Shown here: piece by piece, positions 1 to 6,691 of the stretch | Position numbering within the stretch: position 1 is the stretch's first letter | Layout: each line of letters starts with the position of its first letter | Assembly: GCA_049599475.1 (NCBI GenBank) | Contig: JBMYOQ010000109.1 | Span: 1-10,909, forward strand | Origin: Opitutales bacterium | Lineage (GTDB): Bacteria > Verrucomicrobiota > Verrucomicrobiia > Opitutales > JABSRG01 | DNA: 10,909 nucleotides | Direction of reading: 5' to 3' | Position numbers and translations under genes: made by a program | The notes under the pieces: generated by a model | What the model saw: only the letters and a program-made list of their open reading frames with translations | Told to the model about the DNA's origin: nothing | The model's database searches: none

Positions 1-153
1 GTAAACGCTTCTTAGACAACCTTAAGGCTCTTTAATTTTTAGAATCGGTATAAAGACCACTCTAGCGCTGACACCTTGTGCCCCAAAGAATCTACGGCCA
101 ACGAATCGATGAATACCCGACCCTAATCAGCATACCCTTCTCTCAATCAAATC

Positions 154-180
154 CTTCGCGTCTTCGCGGCTTCGCGTGAG
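154..180. repeat. Short tandem repeat, 3 x CTTCGCG with 8-bp period, ending in TGAG
   Basis: CTTCGCG at 154-160, 162-168 and 170-176, read directly. Confidence 0.8.
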
Positions 181-260
181 GCTTTTCTTAGTCGCTGATA
201 AGGGTAGTTCGTCAGAAAGCTTAAATGGGCACCCCTGGGCAGCAGAGAAGCAGAGTTTTG

Positions 261-326
261 ATCTGTGTTTTCTGTGAAATCTGTCGTTCAGGTTTTTTGA
301 CCACAGATTACACGGATGGCACAGAT
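261..326. repeat. Inverted pair of 9-bp-period triplets (ATCTGTG.. x3 / ..CACAGAT x3) forming a long imperfect hairpin
   Basis: 261-286 ATCTGTGTTTTCTGTGAAATCTGTCG vs reverse complement of 301-326 ATCTGTGCCATCCGTGTAATCTGTGG: 20/26 identical; 3 of the 6 mismatches are G-U wobbles on the + strand. Confidence 0.8.
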
Positions 327-559
327 ATTTGATGTTCTGAGATCGGGGCTTCGCGGAGGTGTTAGATCCAAGGCTTACGTGATAGAACGGCGGCCATCTA
401 CGGAGTTTGCTGAGCTCCACGTAAGGTCTTTTCATGCTTAGGCCTACGGGAATCTCTGTATTTTGGGTTTTTAGGAAAAAATCTTATTTTATGCAAATTC
501 CGTCCGGAGCTGAGCGGAACGTTTAGCTTTTTTGTGCGTTTACTGTCAACCCGCCCAAA

Positions 560-577
560 ACATTTATTTACAAATGT
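560..577. promoter_or_regulatory. Candidate operator palindrome overlapping a possible -35 (TTTACA 567-572) of the transporter operon
   Basis: ACATTTAT-TT-ACAAATGT (7/8 dyad; perfect ACATTT-N6-AAATGT), ending 25 nt before ATG 603. Confidence 0.35.
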
Positions 578-602
578 GATATCTGTGGCCCTATAGGTAG
601 GT

Positions 603-2144
603 ATGCAGGGATCTGCAGACAGTGGGAAAACCAAGAATCTGCTCGGTCGTTTTTTAGCGACGATCGAATGGGTGGGCAATCGCTTGCCAGATCCGGTGGT
701 ACTTTATGCCGGATTGGCCCTACTGGTGCCGTTTCTCTCGGCAATCGCGGTCTGGAGTGGGTGGTCGCGTGTGCACCCAGTCACCGGTGAGACCATTGGT
801 GCGATCAATCTGCTGGAGACATCGCAGATCCAACGCATGCTGACAGAGGCCGTTACCAATTTTACGAGTTTTGCGCCCTTGGGAGCCGTCCTAGTGACTG
901 TGATGGGGATCGGCGTCGCGGAACGCACGGGACTCATCGATGCAGCCATTCGCCTCACGGTGCTAAAGGCTCCGAAAGCATTAATATCGGGTGTTGTCGT
1001 GTTTGCCGGAGTGATGAGCTCGATGGCAGCGGATAGCGGCTATGTCGTGCTCACCCCGCTCGGTGCTGTCATCTTTGCAGGACTCGGCAGGCATCCTTTG
1101 GCGGGCTTGGCCGCAGCCTTCGCCGGCGTGGCCGGTGGATTTTCCGCAAACTTGTTGGTGACCTCGCTCGATCCCCTTCTCAGCGGATTTACCCAGGCCG
1201 GGGCGCAGCTGTATGACGCAGACTACGAGGTGACGCCTGATTCTAACTACTTCTTCATGATCGCGTCGACATTCCTCATCACCGTAATCGGATGGTGGGT
1301 AACAGAGAAAATTGTCGAGCCGCGCCTGGGGACCTATAAGGCTGAGACCGCACCGGACGAGGCGGCCAAACCGGAAGCCACCGAAACGGAGGTCCCCGCC
1401 AAAGCGATCCAGGCTGCGCTGGTCAGCCTAGTGGGATTCGCAATCGTGCTGCTCTGGAGCACCCTCCCCTCTGATGGTCTGCTCCGCGATGAAGAAGGGA
1501 CTCTCACCCCTTTTATTAAAAGCCTTGTTCCGGTAATCGCACTGGGCTTCCTGATCCCGGGACTGGCCTTTGGCATTGCCTCGGGCAGCTTGCGCTCTTC
1601 GAAGGATCTGGCCGGCATGTTGGCCGATTCGATGGCCACGATGGGCGGCTACATCGTGCTGAGCTTTGCGGCCGCGCAGTTTGTCTCGTATTTCGGCTGG
1701 TCCAACTTGGGAATTCTAACCGCGCTCGAGGGCGCTCATTGGCTGCAGAGTATTCAGATGGGACCGCTTCCGATACTCCTCTGCTTCATCCTACTTGCGG
1801 CTTGTGTGAATCTAGCAATTGGAAGCGCCTCCGGGAAATGGGGAATCATGGCACCCGTCTTCGTGCCTATGTTTATGATCCTAGGCCTATCGCCCGAAAC
1901 CACTCAAGCCGCTTACCGGGTGGGAGATTCGGTGACGAATATGATCACGCCGCTAAATCCCTATTTCCCGATCATTCTTTCGTTTGCCATGAAATACGAT
2001 CGAAAGATCGGCGTAGGCACCTTGATCGCGACCATGATCCCCTACTCGATCGCTTTCGCCATCGGATGGGTCGTGCTCTTCAGCCTCTGGTATTTCTTCG
2101 CATGGCCACTCGGGCCGGGAGCAGAGCTATTGCTCAATCCTTAG
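603..2144 (+). CDS. abgT: AbgT-family transporter (p-aminobenzoyl-glutamate transporter / YdaH-MtrF-like)
   Basis: 513-aa polytopic membrane protein with AbgT-typical segments IEWVGNRLPDP, GVAGGFSANL, SASGKW and YRVGDSVTNMITPLNPYF; AGGTAGGT SD-like sequence before the ATG. Confidence 0.92.
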   Translation: MQGSADSGKTKNLLGRFLATIEWVGNRLPDPVVLYAGLALLVPFLSAIAVWSGWSRVHPVTGETIGAINLLETSQIQRMLTEAVTNFTSFAPLGAVLVTVMGIGVAERTGLIDAAIRLTVLKAPKALISGVVVFAGVMSSMAADSGYVVLTPLGAVIFAGLGRHPLAGLAAAFAGVAGGFSANLLVTSLDPLLSGFTQAGAQLYDADYEVTPDSNYFFMIASTFLITVIGWWVTEKIVEPRLGTYKAETAPDEAAKPEATETEVPAKAIQAALVSLVGFAIVLLWSTLPSDGLLRDEEGTLTPFIKSLVPVIALGFLIPGLAFGIASGSLRSSKDLAGMLADSMATMGGYIVLSFAAAQFVSYFGWSNLGILTALEGAHWLQSIQMGPLPILLCFILLAACVNLAIGSASGKWGIMAPVFVPMFMILGLSPETTQAAYRVGDSVTNMITPLNPYFPIILSFAMKYDRKIGVGTLIATMIPYSIAFAIGWVVLFSLWYFFAWPLGPGAELLLNP

Positions 2145-2181
2145 AAAAATCCGGCAGATTACGTGCTGAGGCTTAGAGGTA

Positions 2182-3543
2182 ATGGCAGACTCATCCTCCT
2201 CTAGCTCAGACACTCGACCCAAGCGCGTCCTCTATGGATTGAATGATCGCATGCCCTGGCAACAGGCTATTTTTGTAGGGCTGCAACACCTGCTTGCAAT
2301 GCTCGTGGGGTGCGTCACCGCCCCTTTGATTGTGGCTCAAGCCCTTGAGTTTTCTCCTGAAGAACAGGCGTTCTTAGTCTCAATGTCATTGTTCACGAGC
2401 GGCCTCGGAACCTTTTTGCAAGTGAGGACATTTGGCGCTGTCGGTAGCGGACTGCTCACAGTGACGGGAACGAGCTTCGCATTTATTTCGCCGCTTATCA
2501 TAGCAGGTCAAAAAGGAGGCATTCCGCTGATGCTTGGGATGTCTATCGTGAGTGCGCCCGCTCAGATTATCCTAGCCCCCTTTCTGCCCAAGCTACGCAA
2601 GTATTTCTCGCCCTTGGTTTCTGGGGTGGTGGTAATTTTGATCGGCCTGTCGCTGATTCCCACATCCATGTATAACATTGGAAAGGGCCTCCCGAATATT
2701 GGCGAAGAGCAGGGCTGGCTGGCCCTCGTGATGGCAGTGTTTGTGGTCGGAGTTGTTCTGGTAATGAATGCCTTGGATAAGCCTTGGGCGCGCATGGGAG
2801 CCATCCTCGCCGGACTGATCGCAGGCTATTTAGCGTGCCTAATCATGGGTGCGGTGACTCCGCCTCCAATCGACACCGAAAGCTTGTTTCGTGTGCCGAC
2901 ACCGCTGAAATACGGCCTGGCTTTCGATATCGAACTCCTCATTCCCTTCATTTTTATTTTCATTGTTACCACGATGGAAAGTATCGGAGACCTCACGGCA
3001 TCATCCGATGTATCTGGCGAACCGACGAAGGGCGACGTTTACTGGAAACGTATCCGCGGAGGCGTTCTTTGCGACGGCGTAAATTCCGTGGTGGCTGGTC
3101 TCTTTGGCGCATTTCCCAATACGACTTTTTCTCAGAATAATGGTGTCATCCAGCTCACAGGCGTCGCCAGTCGTCAATGTGGCTATGTCGCTGCCGTCTC
3201 TCTCATTATCATGGGACTCATACCGCCAATCGGCGCAATCTTTGCCGCGATGCCAGCGCCTGTGATGGGCGGACTCACTCTCGTGCTCTTTGGTCTGATT
3301 TTCGCAGCAGGCGTGCGTATTCTGCATAGCATTCATCTCGAGCACCGAGAGATCATCATAATCGCATTCTCGGTAGCGATTGGAGTGGGCGTGCAAACTC
3401 AGCCCGAGGTTTTGAGCACCCTCCCCGATTCTCTCAAGTCGCTCCTGTCTTCCAGCGTCTCGACAGGTGGCATCTCGGCACTCGTCCTGAATATTGTGAT
3501 GCCGCAGACAAAAGTGGTTTCAGAAGTTGCTGAAACCTCATAG
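2182..3543 (+). CDS. NCS2/NAT nucleobase:cation symporter, xanthine/uric-acid (XanP/XanQ-like) type
   Basis: TM1 QH (GLQHLLAM), TM3 GTSFAF, TM8 ESIGD, TM9 DG and NAT signature QNNGVIQLTG (3133-3162); GAGGT SD upstream. Confidence 0.92.
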   Translation: MADSSSSSSDTRPKRVLYGLNDRMPWQQAIFVGLQHLLAMLVGCVTAPLIVAQALEFSPEEQAFLVSMSLFTSGLGTFLQVRTFGAVGSGLLTVTGTSFAFISPLIIAGQKGGIPLMLGMSIVSAPAQIILAPFLPKLRKYFSPLVSGVVVILIGLSLIPTSMYNIGKGLPNIGEEQGWLALVMAVFVVGVVLVMNALDKPWARMGAILAGLIAGYLACLIMGAVTPPPIDTESLFRVPTPLKYGLAFDIELLIPFIFIFIVTTMESIGDLTASSDVSGEPTKGDVYWKRIRGGVLCDGVNSVVAGLFGAFPNTTFSQNNGVIQLTGVASRQCGYVAAVSLIIMGLIPPIGAIFAAMPAPVMGGLTLVLFGLIFAAGVRILHSIHLEHREIIIIAFSVAIGVGVQTQPEVLSTLPDSLKSLLSSSVSTGGISALVLNIVMPQTKVVSEVAETS

Positions 3544-3564
3544 ACAGAATAACTGTAAAATCGC

Positions 3565-4929
3565 ATGGTTTCTCTCAAACTTGTTTTCAATATTGGCCAC
3601 CTTGTAACGGTCGATGCATCCCAACGCGTCCTCAAAGGAGCCTGGATCACTTACGACGAAGGATTCATCTCAGAGATAGGCACCGGTCAACCACCCGAAG
3701 CCGAGTATGCTGAACGCATTGATGCCAAAGGCGGCATTCTACTGCCGGGCCTAGTAAATACCCACCATCACTTCTATCAGTCGATGGCACGGGCTTACAC
3801 CCCAGGTAACAATGAACCCTTGCTCCCTTGGCTCGCGGCCATGAATAAACTGTGGGTCGGACATTATACCAATGACGACCTGTATCTGGCGACTCAATAC
3901 GCCCTCGCGGAGCTGATGCTAACGGGTTGCACCACCGCAGCGGATCATCACTACATCGTCCCGGAAACATCTTTTGAGCACCACAACTCTCAGTTCGAAG
4001 CGGCAGCGGACATGGGCATTCGCTTTCACTGCGGTCGCGGCGCTATGGATAAACCCTCTCCGGAGCTCGTTTCTCCATGGCTCTGCCAAGGCTTCGACGA
4101 CATCATGGCGGACTGGGAAAGATTGCTTAACGACTTCCACGACCCGAGTCCGGGCAGTATGTGTCAGACCTTTCTCGCGCCTACGGCGGTGACTTCCTGC
4201 ACAGATCAGCTCTTGAAGGAAGCAGCTATCATGGCGAAGAAATACAAGGTCCCGCTGCACACTCACTGTGGCGAGACCATTGCCGAGGAAGAATATGCGA
4301 TTCGGCACTACGGACGACGCCAGATCCCCCACCTTGCCGATTTGGGCTGGGGTTTCGACGGAGTCTATTTTGCCCATGGTATCCATTTCAATGACGAGGA
4401 GCTCGCATTTCTAGGTAAAAACCGAATGGGCGTCGCACACTGTCCATATGCAAACATGCGCCTCGGTTCGGGCATTTGCCGAGTCCCCGAGCTGCGTAAA
4501 GCAGGTGCAAAAGTCGGCATTGGTGTAGATGGAAGCGCATCGAATGACTCAGGGCATATCCTTGGGGAGTTGCGCCAAGCATTCATGCTAGCACGTGTAA
4601 AATATGGCGCAGATGCGATGACGGCCCTCGAAGCGATCGAAATCGGGACTCGCGGAGGCGCCGAAATACTAGGCCGCACGGATATTGGATCGATTGAGCC
4701 CGGCAAGTGCGCCGACTTCGCCATCTTCCCCGAAGTCGATATGTATTCCTCCGGAGTCGAGAATCCCGTGGACGGCCTCATCATCTGCTGGTCGCGCCAA
4801 GTGGACACCTTGATCGCGCACGGCAAGGTCCGGATCCAAGATGGCAATTTTGTAGATATCGACATCGAATCTTTACGCGAAAAACATCATTCTCGGGCAC
4901 GCTTCTTCCACGAGAATATTAAACGCTAA
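3565..4929 (+). CDS. Metal-dependent amidohydrolase (COG0402), 8-oxoguanine/isoxanthopterin deaminase-like
   Basis: [12 protein letters not shown] (HxH plus Gln), DHHY, HTHCGE (HxxE), [32 protein letters not shown]. Confidence 0.88.
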   Translation: MVSLKLVFNIGHLVTVDASQRVLKGAWITYDEGFISEIGTGQPPEAEYAERIDAKGGILLPGLVNTHHHFYQSMARAYTPGNNEPLLPWLAAMNKLWVGHYTNDDLYLATQYALAELMLTGCTTAADHHYIVPETSFEHHNSQFEAAADMGIRFHCGRGAMDKPSPELVSPWLCQGFDDIMADWERLLNDFHDPSPGSMCQTFLAPTAVTSCTDQLLKEAAIMAKKYKVPLHTHCGETIAEEEYAIRHYGRRQIPHLADLGWGFDGVYFAHGIHFNDEELAFLGKNRMGVAHCPYANMRLGSGICRVPELRKAGAKVGIGVDGSASNDSGHILGELRQAFMLARVKYGADAMTALEAIEIGTRGGAEILGRTDIGSIEPGKCADFAIFPEVDMYSSGVENPVDGLIICWSRQVDTLIAHGKVRIQDGNFVDIDIESLREKHHSRARFFHENIKR

Positions 4930-4949
4930 CCACCCTAATCACACCCCAG

Positions 4950-5969
4950 ATGAATTATAAGAGACTCGGAAGCAGCGGCATTGTCGTATCCGACATTTGT
5001 ATGGGCACCATGACCTTTGGCTCATCGTGCGACGAAGCGGAATCTTTCCGCATCATGGATCGAGCCTTGGACGCGGGCATTACTTTTTTCGACACAGCGG
5101 AGCTTTACCCAATTCCCCCGCAAAAAGACTGGGTCTTTGAAACAGAAAACATAGTCGGCCGGTGGCTGAAGACCAAGGATCGCTCGGCAGTGATTATCGC
5201 CACAAAAGTGGCCGGTCCGGGCCACGGATGGTTCAAGCCTCCCGTTCGCAACGGCCTCACCGCGATGGATCGACATAGCATCCGCACCGCGATCGAAGGC
5301 AGCCTGAAACGCCTGGGCACCGACTACATCGATCTGTACCAGACACACTGGCCCGATCATGATTTTGGATACGAAGAGACCCTCACTGCCCTCAATGAAT
5401 TGGTCGAAGCAGGTAAGGTCCGCGTTATCGGTTCGAGCAATGAAACGCCCTGGGGAGCGATGAAAGCCGACGCCTGCGCCAAAGAGCTCGGTCTACTCAA
5501 CCGCTACGAGACCATTCAGAATAATTTCTCTTTAGCCAATCGCCGCTTCGAGGACTCCCTCGCCGATATCTGCACGCGCGAAGGGCTCAGCTGCCTGCCC
5601 TATTCTCCACTCGCCGGAGGCGTACTCACCGGAAAATACAATACAGACACGCCGCCTGCAGACGCCCGCTTCTCGAGATACATTGCAGCCGGCGAACGCC
5701 AACGCGCGATGGCCAGCCGCTTTCTCAATGAAGGCACCCTGGCGACCACTGCAGAGCTCATGAAACTGGCAGAAGAGATAGGATCTACTGCGACAGCAAT
5801 TGCAACGGCCTGGAGCAAGCAATTCGATTGGGTCGCCTCGACGATTGTCGGAGCCAACACCGTAGACCAACTCGAACAAATTCTCGAAGGGGACTCATTG
5901 GAAATCACCCCGGAAATCAACAGTCGGATTGACGAGATATCGAAGCAGTATCCTTATCCTATGGGGTAA
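4950..5969 (+). CDS. NADP(H)-dependent aldo/keto reductase, Tas-like
   Basis: GTMTFG, DTAELYP (Asp/Tyr), IATK (Lys), DLYQTHWP (His), [20 protein letters not shown]. Confidence 0.92.
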   Translation: MNYKRLGSSGIVVSDICMGTMTFGSSCDEAESFRIMDRALDAGITFFDTAELYPIPPQKDWVFETENIVGRWLKTKDRSAVIIATKVAGPGHGWFKPPVRNGLTAMDRHSIRTAIEGSLKRLGTDYIDLYQTHWPDHDFGYEETLTALNELVEAGKVRVIGSSNETPWGAMKADACAKELGLLNRYETIQNNFSLANRRFEDSLADICTREGLSCLPYSPLAGGVLTGKYNTDTPPADARFSRYIAAGERQRAMASRFLNEGTLATTAELMKLAEEIGSTATAIATAWSKQFDWVASTIVGANTVDQLEQILEGDSLEITPEINSRIDEISKQYPYPMG

Positions 5970-5983
5970 ACAGAGAGAATCGC

Positions 5984-6013
5984 ACAGCTTCTCACGGAAG
6001 TGGGAATTGTTTC
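5984..6013 (+). terminator. Possible intrinsic terminator of the four-gene operon
   Basis: TTCTCAC-GGAA-GTGGGAA hairpin (GNRA loop, one G-U pair) followed by TTGTTT, just after the AKR stop; the U-tract is weak. Confidence 0.4.
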
Positions 6014-6140
6014 GGTCCGTTTGTATGGATGTGTTGACGCTGGAAGGCTCCGTGCGCCGCAAATGGTTCTGTTGACGCTAAGGACAGCGGACGGAGGCTA
6101 GCTGGAAATAGAGAAGCAATGGCGCTAGGATGATGTCATC

Positions 6141-6227
6141 GGTAGCGGCCGATCTCCGAGCGGCCGAATGCTGCGTATCAGCTGGGCGAAATTGCTGTCT
6201 TCAACCTCTCGGAGATCGGTTGCTACC
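6141..6227. repeat. REPIN-like doublet A (two inverted GTAG-tagged REPs, family 1)
   Basis: Arms GGTAGCGGCCGATCTCCGAG (6141-6160) and CTCGGAGATCGGTTGCTACC (6208-6227) are 18/20 inverted; each arm begins GTAG followed by its own hairpin; homologous copy at 10776-10861. Confidence 0.85.
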
Positions 6228-6239
6228 CCATTTTTTCTC

Positions 6240-6263
6240 TAAAGGCAGCGCCATTGGAGAACA
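6240..6263 (+). repeat. REPIN-flanking TIR-like motif TAAAGGCAGCGCCATTGGAGAACA
   Basis: 22/24 identical to 6552-6575; the core recurs at 10875-10890 and, inverted and truncated, at 6117-6127. Confidence 0.75.
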
Positions 6264-6340
6264 GCGTCCCTCCCTTGAGCCTTGTATGGCTTCCCTGACG
6301 TGTTTTCGGGAATTACTAACCTTCACCTTGGGTCAAAGGA

Positions 6341-6425
6341 GTAGCGCCCGTCAACCCAAGGGGCATGAGCGCGTTTGCTTTTGCGGCTAAGGCCGAGTCA
6401 TGCCGGTTCGGTGACCCGGCGCTAC
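6341..6425. repeat. REPIN-like doublet C (GTAG-tagged REPs, family 2)
   Basis: GTAGCGCCC..GGGCATGA (6341-6368), 29-nt spacer, TCATGCCGG..CCGGCGCTAC (6398-6425). Confidence 0.85.
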
Positions 6426-6450
6426 CTGTTGCCCATAATTCAGCTTAAAG

Positions 6451-6537
6451 GTGGCGCCCGTTGACCCAACGGGCATGACTCGGCTTTAGCCGGATAGGGC
6501 TGGCGCGCTCATGCCGGATGCGGTGATCCGGCGCTAC
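6451..6537. repeat. REPIN-like doublet D (family 2; tandem partner of C with inverted spacer)
   Basis: Left arm 6451-6478 is 24/28 identical to C left arm; right arm 6509-6537 is 26/29 identical to C right arm; the spacer matches the C spacer only as reverse complement. Confidence 0.85.
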
Positions 6538-6551
6538 ACCTTAAATTGCAG

Positions 6552-6575
6552 TAAAGGCAGCGTCATTGGAGGACA
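6552..6575 (+). repeat. REPIN-flanking TIR-like motif TAAAGGCAGCGTCATTGGAGGACA
   Basis: 22/24 identical to 6240-6263; starts 14 nt after the terminal CTAC of doublet D. Confidence 0.75.
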
Positions 6576-6581
6576 AGAGTG

Positions 6582-6652
6582 GGCGAACCGTCTCGGCGAG
6601 CTTCTTTTAAGCCATTATTGAGCTCTGGATCGGCTCACCGAGATGGTTCGCC
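6582..6652. repeat. Inverted-repeat doublet E (third REP-like family, tags degenerate); may double as a terminator
   Basis: GGCGAACCGTCTCGGCGAGC (6582-6601) vs GCTCACCGAGATGGTTCGCC (6633-6652): 18/20 inverted; T-run at 6655-6660; ends 39 nt from the recF stop. Confidence 0.7.
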
Positions 6653-6691
6653 AATTTTTTGCGAGAAAAAATGTTGAGAGAGGGTCTAAGT

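Noticed and set aside
445..454. TACGGGAATC repeated at 445-454 and 10281-10290
   Set aside because: A single 10-mer match is expected by chance in 11 kb; it does not extend and has opposite orientation relative to the adjacent genes.
490..530. Hairpin TTCCG..CGGAA with faint resemblance (on the - strand) to a xanthine/NMT1 riboswitch
   Set aside because: Wrong strand for the operon and only short word matches; needs cmscan and cannot be supported by eye.
127..679. Minus-strand ORFs 127-435 and 398-679
   Set aside because: They run through non-coding repeats or overlap the abgT start, with no recognisable motifs.
704..5920. Numerous antisense and alternate-frame ORFs inside the four operon genes
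   Set aside because: Shadow ORFs of well-supported CDSs with no family motifs.
6130..6390. 86-aa + strand ORF
   Set aside because: Composed of REPIN A, its flank and part of C; a typical spurious repeat-derived ORF.
6513..6537. Similarity of GCCGGATGCGGTGATCCGGCGCTAC to the E. coli REP consensus
   Set aside because: The other three family-2 arms diverge from it; best explained by shared GTAG-REP architecture rather than transfer from enterobacteria.
6141..6652. CRISPR array or integron attC array interpretation of the repeat cluster
   Set aside because: Units are inverted doublets of several families with related spacers, not identical direct repeats with unique spacers; no cas or integrase gene, no cassette ORFs and no consistent RYYYAAC/GTTRRRY ends.
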